The notes beneath the pieces are model-generated. The model searched no databases. It saw only the letters and a program-made list of their open reading frames with translations, and was not told where the DNA came from. A program made the translations under genes and the position numbers. Of a DNA stretch of 64,000 nucleotides, positions 15,972-29,002 are shown in pieces. Within the stretch, counting starts at the first letter, position 1; each line of letters begins with the position of its first letter. Origin of the DNA: Tagaea sp. (GTDB lineage Bacteria > Pseudomonadota > Alphaproteobacteria > CACIAM-22H2); assembly GCA_965279525.1 (NCBI GenBank), contig CBDIIB010000005.1, positions 481,464 through 545,463 of the forward strand. Reading direction: 5' to 3'.

Positions 15972-18827
15972 ATGCGCGATTCGCCCCCCTCGTCCGACGC
16001 GCCCCCGTCGGCCAACGCAACGGTCGTTCCCTTCCGCGGCAGCAATCCGCGCACGTCGCTCGTGCGCGTGCCCGCCGTCCCGGTGATCGCCGCGGGCGTG
16101 GCGCAGGCCGCATGGTTGACGGCCGATGGCGAGATCGAGGAGATCCGCCTGTCCGAAGCCGCGCGCCGCGCGATGACCGAGCCGCCGATCGCGGTCCATG
16201 CGCCCGCGACAGCGCGTCGGCTGGGGCTCGACCGGCTCGCCTGCTACGACGCGCTCGAGCTTTTCGCTTTCGTGCGCCCGGCGCGCTTCTGCCTGCCGAC
16301 CGCGCGGGGGCTGGCGGAGGCGCTCGGCCTGCCCGTCCCGCACGGCCTGTCGGCCGAGGTGCAGGCCGTGCACGAGGCAGTCCGCCTGCTGCTGACCGAA
16401 TTGGCCGAGCCGCTCGTCGCGCGCAATCCCGACGTGGTCGGCGCCGCGCGCGCCATGGCACGCGGCGGCTGGCGCTGGGCCGAATGCGTGCTCGCGGCTT
16501 TGGGCGATTCGCCCGGTGCCTACGAGACCGACCGTTCGGTGCAGGGGCTGGAAGCCTGGCGGCGCATCGAGGAATGGGTCGAGACCGCGCCTGAGCCGCC
16601 GCCCGGCAACCTTGCCGTCGATCCCGACGAAGCGCGCCGCCGCCTGGCCGACATGCTGGGCGCCGACAGCGAGGCACGGCCCGAGCAGGCGGACTATGCC
16701 TCGGCCGTCTCGCGCGCCTTTGCACCCCGCGATGAGGCCGACGCCCCGCGCCTCGTCGTTGCCGAAGCGGGAACCGGTGTCGGCAAAACGCTCGGCTATC
16801 TCGCCCCGGCCACGCTGTGGGCGGAGAAGAACCAAGGCGCTGTGTGGATCTCGACCTACACCAAGAACCTCCAGCACCAGATCGACCGCGAGCTTGACCG
16901 GCTGCATGACGAGCCGGCGACGAAGGCGCGCAAGGTCGTCATCCGCAAGGGGCGCGAAAACTATCTTTGCCTGCTCAACCTCGAGGACGCCGTGCGCGGG
17001 ATTACCTCGCGCCCGCAGGATGCGCCGGCCCTGGGATTGATGGCGCGCTGGGCGGCCGCAAGCCGCGACGGCGACATGGTCGGCGGCGATTTCCCGGCAT
17101 GGCTGCCCGATCTGGTCGGCAAGGCGCGCACACGCGGGCTCGCCGACCGGCGCGGCGAATGCATCTATTCGGCGTGCCCGCACTACATGCGATGCCCGAT
17201 CGAAAAATCGGTGCGCCGCGCGCGCAAGGCCGAGATCGTCATCGCGAACCACGCGCTCGTCATGATGCAGGCGGCGCTGGGCGCTGCCGCCGTCGATCTT
17301 TCCGCCGGCTCCGCGCAATCGACGCTGCCCACGCGCTACGTGTTCGACGAAGGCCATCACGTTTTCGATGCCGCCGATTCCGCGTTCGGCGGCGCTTTGA
17401 CGGGGCAGGAAACGGTCGAACTGCGCCGCTGGATCGTCGGCGCCGAAAGCGGCACCCGCAGCCGCGTGCGTGGCCTGAAAGCGCGTGCGGGCGAGCTGGT
17501 CGCCGATATCGACGGCGGGCCGGACCTGCTGGAAAAGGCGGTTGCCGCCGCGCGCGCCCTGCCCGGCGAAGGCTGGCTGCAGCGCCTTGCGGGCGAAACG
17601 ATCGGGCCGACCGAAGCGTTCCTCGCGGTGGTGCGCCGGCAGGTTCTGGCGCGCGCGTCTTCGGACGCGAGCGACGGCTATTCGCTGGAGACCGACTGCC
17701 GCCCGCCGCTCGACGGGCTGATCGACGCGGCCGAGAAGCTGGATGCCGCCCTTGCGCGCATCGCCGAACCGATGATCGCGTTGGCCAAGCGCCTCGTCGA
17801 ACGGCTCGACGACGAGGCCGCCGAACTCGACACCGCCACGCGCGCGCGCATCGAGGCGGTGGCGCGCGGCATCGCCAGGCGTGCGGGCAACGAGCTTGCC
17901 GGCTGGCGCGGCATGCTGAAGGCGCTGTCGGGCGACACGCCGGCCGATTTCGTCGACTGGATGGCGCTCGAGCGCATGGACGGGCGCGATGCCGACGTGG
18001 GCGTGCACCGGCGCTGGATCGATCCGACGGTGCCGTTTGCCGCAGCCGTGCTGCGGCCGGCACATGGCGCGCTCGTCACGTCGGCCACGCTCACCGACGC
18101 GACCGGCGATATCGAAGCGGACTGGGCGGCGGCGGCGGCGCGCACGGGTGCGGCCCACATGCCTGAATGGACGCGCGCGCAGGTCCCTTCGCCGTTCGAC
18201 TATGCCAAGAACACGCGCGTGTTCGTCGTCACCGACCTCGCGCGCGACGAACCGGACCGCGTGGCGGCGGCTTATCGCGAATTCTTCCTCGCATCCAAGG
18301 GCGGCGCGCTCGGGCTGTTCACCGCGATCGGCCGGCTGCGCGCGATCCACGGGCGCATCGGGGCGGCACTCGAGCGTGCGGGCCTGCCGCTCTACGCCCA
18401 GCATGTCGACCGGCTCGACGTGTCCACGCTCGTCGACATCTTCCGCGCGGAAGAAGATTCGTGCCTGCTGGGGACCGACGCGGTGCGCGACGGCGTGGAC
18501 GTGCCCGGCCGTTCGCTGCGCCTGATCGTGTTCGACCGCGTGCCCTGGCCGCGGCCCGATATCCTCCATAAGGCGCGGCGCGCCCATTTCGGCAAAGCGG
18601 CCTACGACGACCGGCTGGTGCGCCTGCGCATCAAGCAGGCGTTCGGCCGGCTGGTGCGCCGGGCAGACGATACCGGCGTGTTCGTGCTGCTGGATTCCCG
18701 ATTTCCCTCGCGCCTTGCCAAGGCGTTCCCCGAGGGTGTCACGATCGAGCGCATCGGGCTTGCCGACGCGATCGCGCGCACGCACGAATTCTTCAGTTCG
18801 GGCGGATCCCCTCGAACAGGATCATGA
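15972..18827 (+). CDS. DinG/Rad3-family ATP-dependent DNA helicase with an extra ~240-aa N-terminal region
   Basis: 951-aa ORF. AEAGTGVGKT (Walker A), an Fe-S Cys cluster (YLC...ECIYSACPHYMRC), DEGHH (DEAH-like box), and a helicase C-terminal region. Confidence 0.85.
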   Translation: MRDSPPSSDAPPSANATVVPFRGSNPRTSLVRVPAVPVIAAGVAQAAWLTADGEIEEIRLSEAARRAMTEPPIAVHAPATARRLGLDRLACYDALELFAFVRPARFCLPTARGLAEALGLPVPHGLSAEVQAVHEAVRLLLTELAEPLVARNPDVVGAARAMARGGWRWAECVLAALGDSPGAYETDRSVQGLEAWRRIEEWVETAPEPPPGNLAVDPDEARRRLADMLGADSEARPEQADYASAVSRAFAPRDEADAPRLVVAEAGTGVGKTLGYLAPATLWAEKNQGAVWISTYTKNLQHQIDRELDRLHDEPATKARKVVIRKGRENYLCLLNLEDAVRGITSRPQDAPALGLMARWAAASRDGDMVGGDFPAWLPDLVGKARTRGLADRRGECIYSACPHYMRCPIEKSVRRARKAEIVIANHALVMMQAALGAAAVDLSAGSAQSTLPTRYVFDEGHHVFDAADSAFGGALTGQETVELRRWIVGAESGTRSRVRGLKARAGELVADIDGGPDLLEKAVAAARALPGEGWLQRLAGETIGPTEAFLAVVRRQVLARASSDASDGYSLETDCRPPLDGLIDAAEKLDAALARIAEPMIALAKRLVERLDDEAAELDTATRARIEAVARGIARRAGNELAGWRGMLKALSGDTPADFVDWMALERMDGRDADVGVHRRWIDPTVPFAAAVLRPAHGALVTSATLTDATGDIEADWAAAAARTGAAHMPEWTRAQVPSPFDYAKNTRVFVVTDLARDEPDRVAAAYREFFLASKGGALGLFTAIGRLRAIHGRIGAALERAGLPLYAQHVDRLDVSTLVDIFRAEEDSCLLGTDAVRDGVDVPGRSLRLIVFDRVPWPRPDILHKARRAHFGKAAYDDRLVRLRIKQAFGRLVRRADDTGVFVLLDSRFPSRLAKAFPEGVTIERIGLADAIARTHEFFSSGGSPRTGS

Positions 18828-19752
18828 TCGTCGAGATCACGACCGGCGACAGAACGGTCGAGATCAGGATGGTGGCCGACGCGCGCTCGACGAACTGCTT
18901 GTATTGCTGGGCGAGCACGAAGCACAGGGCCGCCGTCGGCAGCGAGGCGAGGATGACGGCCGAGCCGCGCCAGAACGCGTCGAGCCCGAAATAGCCGGCA
19001 AGCCACCAGGTGGCCAGCGGCTGGACGATCAGCTTCACGTAGACGAGCCAGCCCACTTCCGCGAGCTTCCTGCCGCCCACCAGCGTGCGCAGCGAGCGCG
19101 TGGAAAGGAACAGGCCGATGGCGAACAGGGCCGCAGGCCCGGCCGCCGCCCCCAGCAGCTCGCCGAAGTTCGACAGCGGCTTTGGCATCGGCAGGCCCGA
19201 GACGTTGAAGGCGAGGCCCGACAGCGGGGCGACGATCAGCGGGCTGGTCGCCAGCCCCTTCAGCACCTTGCCGAATGCCCTGAACGCACCGCCCTGCCCG
19301 GCGAGATCGGCCTCGACGATGATCACGGTCGTGGCGACAAGCAGCAACGTGTAGCTGACCGTGGCGATGACGGCGGGCAGCACACCTTCGGGCCCGAAAG
19401 CGGCGAGGAACAGCGGAATGCCCATGTACCCGGCGTTCGAGAACGTGCCACTGAGCAGGGCGAGGGCGACAACCGCCGGCCGGTCGCGGAACGCGATCAC
19501 GCCGACGACAAGGGCGATCAGCCACGTGATGGCGACACCGCCCATGAAGGTCGCGATGAACGGAAGATTGAAGACCTGGTCGAGCGGAACGCGCGCCGGC
19601 CCCAGGAAAAGCACGGGCGGCAAGGCGAACCAGTAGCAGAACTTGTTGAGCGCGTCGGAGCTGTCCGGCCCGAGCAGCTTGATGCGGCCCGAGAAATACC
19701 CCGTCAGGATGATTCCGAAGACCGGCAGGATGACGTCGAAGATCGCGCGCAT
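18793..19752 (-). CDS. AEC (auxin efflux carrier) family transporter
   Basis: 319-aa polytopic membrane ORF. MRAIFDVILPVFGIILTGYFSGR...NAGYMGIPL. Its 3' end overlaps the helicase 3' end by 35 nt. Confidence 0.85.
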   Translation of the reverse strand: MRAIFDVILPVFGIILTGYFSGRIKLLGPDSSDALNKFCYWFALPPVLFLGPARVPLDQVFNLPFIATFMGGVAITWLIALVVGVIAFRDRPAVVALALLSGTFSNAGYMGIPLFLAAFGPEGVLPAVIATVSYTLLLVATTVIIVEADLAGQGGAFRAFGKVLKGLATSPLIVAPLSGLAFNVSGLPMPKPLSNFGELLGAAAGPAALFAIGLFLSTRSLRTLVGGRKLAEVGWLVYVKLIVQPLATWWLAGYFGLDAFWRGSAVILASLPTAALCFVLAQQYKQFVERASATILISTVLSPVVISTIMILFEGIRPN

Positions 19753-19885
19753 GGCAGGGGGCGGAAGCTACAAGCGGCCGGTTGCGCCGTCCAGAAGTCC
19801 CTGCCGCGGCCCCGCGGCAATTCGTCCCGCCGGCCGGCGCCGGGATGTGCGAATATCAGTCTTCTCTAAAATATGGGGTCGGATC

Positions 19886-20074
19886 ATGGGTATGAATGTC
19901 GGCGGCATCGACCGCATCCTGCGCGCCGTCGCGGGCCTGTTCATCCTGTCGCTTTACTTCTGGGGGCCGCAGAGCCCGTGGGCGCTGGTCGGTCTCGTGC
20001 CGCTCGCCACGGCGATATTCCGCTTCTGCCCGGCCTATACGCTGCTGGGCATCAAGACCTGCCGGACCGGCTGA
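19886..20074 (+). CDS. DUF2892 (YgaP-like) small membrane protein
   Basis: Internal ATG of ORF 19643..20074. GGIDRILRAVAGLFILSL...LVPLATAIFRFCPAYTLLGI. An alternative ATG lies at 19892. Confidence 0.7.
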   Translation: MGMNVGGIDRILRAVAGLFILSLYFWGPQSPWALVGLVPLATAIFRFCPAYTLLGIKTCRTG

Positions 20075-20108
20075 AAAAGAAAAAGGGCCGCGGCATGCAC
20101 CGCGGCCC
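20074..20108 (-). terminator. Rho-independent terminator after groEL
   Basis: The minus strand reads GGGCCGCGG-TGCATG-CCGCGGCCC followed by TTTTTCTTTTT. Confidence 0.75.
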
Positions 20109-20137
20109 TTCCCGTTCGTTCCGGACGCAAGAGCGGC

Positions 20138-21790
<1,653 letters not shown>

Positions 21791-22108
21791 TCAGGCGGCC
21801 TTCTTGGCCGAACCGGCAGCGCCTTCCAGCGTGCCGAGAATGTCGCTCTCCTTCATGATCAGGAGATCTTCGCCGTCGATCTTCACTTCCGTGCCCGACC
21901 ACTTGCCGAACAGGACGCGGTCGCCGGCCTTGACCGACATGGCGACCAGCTCGCCCTTCTCGTTGCGTGCACCAGGGCCGACGGCGACGACCTGCGCTTC
22001 CATCGGCTTTTCCTTGGCGGTGTCGGGGATGATGATTCCGCCCGCGGTCTTCGAGACTTCGTCGATCCGGCGGACGAGAACGCGGTCATGGAGCGGCTTG
22101 AACTTCAT
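21791..22108 (-). CDS. groES: Co-chaperonin GroES
   Basis: [35 protein letters not shown]... Confidence 0.98.
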   Translation of the reverse strand: MKFKPLHDRVLVRRIDEVSKTAGGIIIPDTAKEKPMEAQVVAVGPGARNEKGELVAMSVKAGDRVLFGKWSGTEVKIDGEDLLIMKESDILGTLEGAAGSAKKAA

Positions 22109-22130
22109 AGGTGCGTGTCTCCCGTTTGAA

Positions 22131-22157
22131 TTGGCACTCGCCCGAAGCGAGTGCCAG
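22131..22157. promoter_or_regulatory. CIRCE operator (HrcA site) in the groES leader
   Basis: TTGGCACTC-N9-GAGTGCCAG, compared with the CIRCE consensus TTAGCACTC-N9-GAGTGCTAA. It lies 22 nt upstream of the groES ATG. Confidence 0.8.
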
Positions 22158-22159
22158 CC

Positions 22160-22188
22160 AGATAGGGAAATCGGGAAAATCCGTCAAG
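22160..22188 (-). promoter_or_regulatory. Candidate sigma-32 (RpoH)-type promoter for groESL
   Basis: The minus strand reads CTTGAC-N16-CCTATCT immediately upstream of CIRCE. It resembles the alphaproteobacterial RpoH consensus CTTG-N17-CYTATNT. Confidence 0.5.
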
Positions 22189-22318
22189 GGGTTTGGCAGC
22201 ACTCGCCGCATGAGGCTGCTAAGACACTGGAATAACAGTTGAAACCGGCACGTTCCTTGCGAGACGCTGGATGTGCCGATTCGATCCGGCAAGCAAGCGA
22301 AGGGAGGGTGTGCAGCAC

Positions 22319-22582
22319 ATGTCCGACTTCGAGCGCCAACTGGCTGACTATCGGATTACCACCGCCGAGATCCTTTACCGGATGCCCGACCATCCGGCCT
22401 TCCTGCAGACATATCTCTGGCAGGACCTCGACATCGCCCCGGAATTTCCGGTGCTCAAGAAGTTCCTCGATTTCTGGGAGCGCAATCTCGACGGCAAGCT
22501 CTTCAAGGTGCGCGTCGCGCACAGCGAGCTCATCAAGCCCGCCGAGTTCCGCCTGAACGCGAGCCTGATGACGCTGCACTAG
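22319..22582 (+). CDS. Usg-like family protein (unknown function)
   Basis: Internal ATG of ORF 22271..22582, with GGGAGG upstream. MSDFERQLADYRITTAEILYRMPDHPAFLQTYLWQDLDIAPEFPVLKKFLDFW. Confidence 0.8.
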   Translation: MSDFERQLADYRITTAEILYRMPDHPAFLQTYLWQDLDIAPEFPVLKKFLDFWERNLDGKLFKVRVAHSELIKPAEFRLNASLMTLH

Positions 22583-22610
22583 AAGGCGGGGGCACTAGGT
22601 CGAAGAGCGG

Positions 22611-23204
22611 CTAGGGCAGCTTCTCGACGGCAAGACCGACCGTCACGGCGCCGATCGGCTTGCCGTCGGCCGGATCGACGACGGCACCGCTGATCTGCGC
22701 GATGAAGGCCTTGCTGCTCTCGTCGAAATCGACGTCGTCCACGAATATGGCCGCCGGCCCGATCAGGAAGGTCTTCTGCCATTTCGCCTCGTCGCCCTGC
22801 ATGTAGTCCGACGTGACGTCGGCCTGGGCGACGTTCAGGCCCTTGTTGTCCATCAAGAACAGCTCGACCACCATGCCGGCACTGGCCTGCTTGAAAGCCT
22901 TCAGCTTGGCCGACAGCGGACGGCCCAGCAGGTCGTCGACGAGCGGCCCCTTGCCGCCGGCTTTCGCCTCGGCCCGCCATTGCTTGTCGAGCACGTCGAT
23001 CTTCGCGGCGTCGAGATCGGCATGCCTGGCGTTCTGCGCCTTGATGAGCGCCACCACTTCGGGATCGGCCAGCAGGGGCTTGATCTTCGCGTCGTAGTAC
23101 GCGCGCATCTGCTTGTCGAAGTCGTTGGCTTGCGCCGTCGGGACGGACAGGGCCGCGAGCGCCATGCCGGCGATCGCGAGGACGAACAGGGCGGGTTTGC
23201 GCAT
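22611..23204 (-). CDS. Secreted PDC/Cache-like sensor-domain protein (hypothetical)
   Basis: Internal ATG (complement of 23202-23204), with GGAG upstream. Signal peptide MRKPALFVLAIAGMALAALSVPTAQA. ELFLMDNKGLNVAQADVTSDYMQGDEAKW...FDESSKAFIAQISGAVVD...IGAVTVG. The fold call is by eye. Confidence 0.55.
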   Translation of the reverse strand: MRKPALFVLAIAGMALAALSVPTAQANDFDKQMRAYYDAKIKPLLADPEVVALIKAQNARHADLDAAKIDVLDKQWRAEAKAGGKGPLVDDLLGRPLSAKLKAFKQASAGMVVELFLMDNKGLNVAQADVTSDYMQGDEAKWQKTFLIGPAAIFVDDVDFDESSKAFIAQISGAVVDPADGKPIGAVTVGLAVEKLP

Positions 23205-23326
23205 CTCTAATCTCCGGTCAGTCGTTGTTTGTAGTTCGATCAATGCTGTTAACTCGATCTATACGATCCGCAATGTAAATTTGCAGTTAACGTCATGTCA
23301 TACAATCATCGATACAGGATCATGGA

Positions 23327-25659
<2,333 letters not shown>

Positions 25660-25663
<4 letters not shown>

Positions 25664-26361
25664 ATTTCGAGGAACTCGGCGCGCACGCGCGCGTCTTCCG
25701 TCAGTGCCGCCATCGTGCCTTCATAGCGGCTGCGGCCCTTCTCGACGATGTAGGCCCGGTCGGCGACCGCCTTGGCGAAATGCAGGTTCTGCTCGCACAG
25801 CAGCACCGAGATCCCCTCCGCCTTCAGCGTATGGATCGTGCGTGCCATTTCCTCGACGATGACGGGGGCAAGGCCTTCCGACGGCTCGTCGAGAAGGACA
25901 AGGCGCGGATTGCCCATCAGCGTGCGCGCGATCGTCAGCATCTGCTGCTCGCCGCCCGACATGCGCCCGCCCGGCCGGTCGCGCATGGCGCCCAGATTGG
26001 GGAACAGGTCGAACAGCCGCTCGGGCGTCCACGAACGCGCACCCTCGCGCGCGGCCCGGCGTCCGACTTCGAGATTCTCCATCACCGTAAGGTCGGTGAA
26101 GATGCGCCTGTCCTCGGGCACGTAGCCGATCCCGAGCCGCGCGATGCGGTAAGGCGCCATGCGTTCGATGCGGGTACCCTCGAACGCGACCGTTCCGCCG
26201 GCCAGCGTCACCAGACCCAGGATCGACTTCAGCGTCGTCGACTTGCCGGCGCCGTTGCGCCCGAGGAGTGCGACGACCTCGCCCGCCGCCACGCGCAGCG
26301 ACATGCCGAACAGCACCTGCGCGCGGCCATAGAAACCGTCGAGGCCTTCGGCGACCAGCAT
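25660..26361 (-). CDS. Branched-chain-amino-acid-type ABC transporter ATP-binding protein (LivF-like)
   Basis: Internal ATG of ORF 25660..26976. GRNGAGKST (Walker A), MSGGEQQML (signature), [11 protein letters not shown] (Walker B). Confidence 0.9.
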
Positions 26362-27107
26362 CAGCGTTCCCCCGCGCCGAGATAGACCGCGCGCACCCGC
26401 GCGTCGGCGCGGACCTGTGCGGGGCTTCCCGTCGCGATCAGCTCGCCGCGATCGAGCACGATCAGCCGGTCGGCATGCGCGAACACGGCATCCATGTCGT
26501 GCTCGGTGAACAGCACGGCGATGGCGTCTTTGCGCGCCAGCGTGGCGATCAACTCCATCAGGGCGCGCCTTTCGCCCGGCGCCATGCCGGCTGTCGGCTC
26601 GTCCATCAGCAGCAGGCGCGGCCGGTTGGCCAGCGCCACCGCCAGCTCGACGCGTTTGAGGTCGCCGTAAGCGAGGATGCCGCAGGCACGCCCGGCCTGA
26701 TCGGCGATCCCGACGCGCTCGAGAAGGGCCATCGCCTCGTCGCGGAAATACGACGAAGCCGGCCGCCAGAAGCGCAGCAGGCCGCCGGCCGCCGACAGCA
26801 GCGCCATCTGGACGTTCTCGCGCACGCTCATCGAGCCGAACGTCGCGGTGATCTGGAACGTCCGGCCCACGCCCATGCGCCAGATCGCGGGCGGTGCAAG
26901 GCCCACGAGGCTTGCACCGGCCAGCGTCACGCTTCCCGCATCGGGCCGAAGCTGGCCGTTGAGGATGTTGAAGCACGTGCTTTTCCCGGCCCCGTTCGGG
27001 CCGATCATCGCCAGCATCTCGCCGGCCGCGAGCGAGAAGCCGACGCCGCGCAGCGCCTGCACGCCGCCGAACGACTTCTCCAGGCCGCTAGCTTCCAGCA
27101 CGGTCAT
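26361..27107 (-). CDS. Branched-chain-amino-acid-type ABC transporter ATP-binding protein (LivG-like)
   Basis: Internal ATG of ORF 26361..28826. GPNGAGKSTCFN, LAYGDLKRVELA, LLLMDEPTAGM. 1-nt TGATG overlap with the next gene. Confidence 0.9.
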   Translation of the reverse strand: MTVLEASGLEKSFGGVQALRGVGFSLAAGEMLAMIGPNGAGKSTCFNILNGQLRPDAGSVTLAGASLVGLAPPAIWRMGVGRTFQITATFGSMSVRENVQMALLSAAGGLLRFWRPASSYFRDEAMALLERVGIADQAGRACGILAYGDLKRVELAVALANRPRLLLMDEPTAGMAPGERRALMELIATLARKDAIAVLFTEHDMDAVFAHADRLIVLDRGELIATGSPAQVRADARVRAVYLGAGER

Positions 27108-28978
27108 CGGGCCGCACCCGCCAGGCGCTTCATCGCGCCCGCGATCCCCATCGGGAAGACGAGGACGATGGCAAGGATCGTGAAGCCGAGGACCGCGCGC
27201 CAATAGTCGGTCGCGCGCGCGATCTCGTCCTGCAGCAGCGTGAAGGCGGCGGCCCCCAGCACCGGGCCGGTCAGCGTCTGCACGCCGCCCAGCAGCACCA
27301 TCACGAGCCCGTCGACCGAGCGCGTCACGCCGAGCGTTTCGGGCGAAATACTGCCCTTCGAGAACGCGTAGAGCCCGCCCGCAAGCCCGGCGAAAGCACC
27401 GGCGATGGCGAAACCGAACCACTGGATGCGGCGCCGGTCGATGCCGATCGCCTCGGCCCGCAGGCTCGAATCGCGTGCCGCGCGCAGCGCGTAGCCGAAG
27501 GGCGCCACGACCATCCGCCACAGCACGAAGATGCTCCCGGCACTCAGCGCCAACACGAACCAGTAGAACGCGATGCGGTCCTTGAGCCAATCCTGCGGCC
27601 ACAGGCCGACAAGACCGTTCGAACCGCCGGTCAGCCCGTCCCACTGGAAGACGACCGACCAGGCGATCTGCGCGAAGGCGAGCGTGAGCATCGCAAGATA
27701 GACGCCCGAGAGCCGCACGCAGAACCAGCCGAACAGCAAGGCCGCCGCCGCACCCAGCGCCGGGGCTGCCAGCAGGGCGGCACCGGCCGGCCAGCCAAGC
27801 TTCAGGAACACGAGGGCCGCCGCGTAGCTGCCGAGGCCGAAATAGGCGGCGTGCCCGAACGACACCATGCCCGCCGGTCCCATCAGGAAATGGAGCGTGG
27901 CGGCGAACAGCGCGAAGATCGCGATGTCGATCAGCAGCACGAGCGCATAGCCGTTCCCGCCGAGCGGGACCAGCGCCAGCAGCACAAGCACCAGCAGCAC
28001 CGACGGCCAGAACGGCCGGCCGGGCGGGACGAACAGCGGTTCCGCGGTGGCGGCCCCACGCGCGTGCGCCTGCGGCCGGCCGAGCAGGCCCCACGGGCGC
28101 AGCACGAGGACGACCGCCATGATCGCGAATTCGACGACCAGCGTGAGCTTGCTGAACGACAGCACGGTGCCGAAGACACTTACGTCGCCGACGGCGATGC
28201 ACAGCGCCTTCACCTGCGCGATCAGCAAGGCCGCAAGGAAGGCGCCGCCGATCGATCCCATGCCGCCCACGACCACGACGACGAACGCGTCGGAGATGGT
28301 CGAGAAATCGAGCGCGAGATTCGCCGGCTCGCGCGGAAGCTGCAGGGCGCCGCCGAGCCCGGCGAGGAAAGCGCCCAGAAAGAACACGCCGGTGAACAGC
28401 CGCGCCTGGTCCACGCCCAGTGCCGCGACCATCTCGCGGTCCTGCGTGGCCGCGCGCACCAGCGTTCCCCACCGCGTGCGGTTCATCAGCAGCCACAGCA
28501 GGCCCAGCACCGCCGGCCCGATCGCGATCAGCAGCAGGTCGTATTCCGGCACGCGCCGCCCGAGGATCTCGACTGCCCCGCGCAGGCCGGGCGCGCGTGG
28601 GCCCAGCAGGTCCTCGGCACCCCAGAAATAGAGAACGACGTCCTTGACGACGAGCGCGAGCGCGAAGGTCGCGAGCAGCTGGAACATCTCGGGTGCCCGG
28701 TAGATGCGCCGCAGGACCAGCGTTTCGATCAGGACGCCGACGAGACCGGCAGCAAGTGCGGCGCACAGCACGCCACCCCAGAATCCAAGCACCGAGCCGC
28801 GGCCGAAGTAGCCCACGAAGCTCCACGCGAAATACATGCCGAGCATGAACAGCGAGCCATGCGCGAAATTGACGATCCGGCTGACGCCGAAAATGATCGA
28901 CAGCCCGGCCGCGACGAGGAACAGCGACGAAGCACCGGCCAGCCCGTTGAGGAACTGGATGACGACGTTCGCCGTCAT
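27104..28978 (-). CDS. Fused LivH-LivM type ABC permease
   Basis: 624-aa polytopic ORF. The N-terminal half is LivH-like (FLNGLAGASSLFLVAAGLSIIFGVSRIVNFAHGSLFMLG) and the C-terminal half is LivM-like. ATGA overlap with the ATPase gene. Confidence 0.88.
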   Translation of the reverse strand: MTANVVIQFLNGLAGASSLFLVAAGLSIIFGVSRIVNFAHGSLFMLGMYFAWSFVGYFGRGSVLGFWGGVLCAALAAGLVGVLIETLVLRRIYRAPEMFQLLATFALALVVKDVVLYFWGAEDLLGPRAPGLRGAVEILGRRVPEYDLLLIAIGPAVLGLLWLLMNRTRWGTLVRAATQDREMVAALGVDQARLFTGVFFLGAFLAGLGGALQLPREPANLALDFSTISDAFVVVVVGGMGSIGGAFLAALLIAQVKALCIAVGDVSVFGTVLSFSKLTLVVEFAIMAVVLVLRPWGLLGRPQAHARGAATAEPLFVPPGRPFWPSVLLVLVLLALVPLGGNGYALVLLIDIAIFALFAATLHFLMGPAGMVSFGHAAYFGLGSYAAALVFLKLGWPAGAALLAAPALGAAAALLFGWFCVRLSGVYLAMLTLAFAQIAWSVVFQWDGLTGGSNGLVGLWPQDWLKDRIAFYWFVLALSAGSIFVLWRMVVAPFGYALRAARDSSLRAEAIGIDRRRIQWFGFAIAGAFAGLAGGLYAFSKGSISPETLGVTRSVDGLVMVLLGGVQTLTGPVLGAAAFTLLQDEIARATDYWRAVLGFTILAIVLVFPMGIAGAMKRLAGAAR

Positions 28979-29002
28979 GCGCGCAGTACCGAGGGGCGGG
29001 CC

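Noticed and set aside
11806-16086. 1426-aa plus-strand ORF, the longest in the track
   Set aside because: It spans five well-supported genes on both strands (hydrolase, SDR, TPR protein, LysRS, start of the helicase). Its translation is Arg/Gly/Ala/Pro-rich without motifs, so it is a stop-free shadow frame.
22193-22210. Sigma-54-like TGGCA...GC element (TTGGCAGCACTCGCCGC) upstream of groES
   Set aside because: It lacks the TTGC(A/T) -12 element at the required spacing from GG. groESL already has a sigma-32-type promoter and a CIRCE element.
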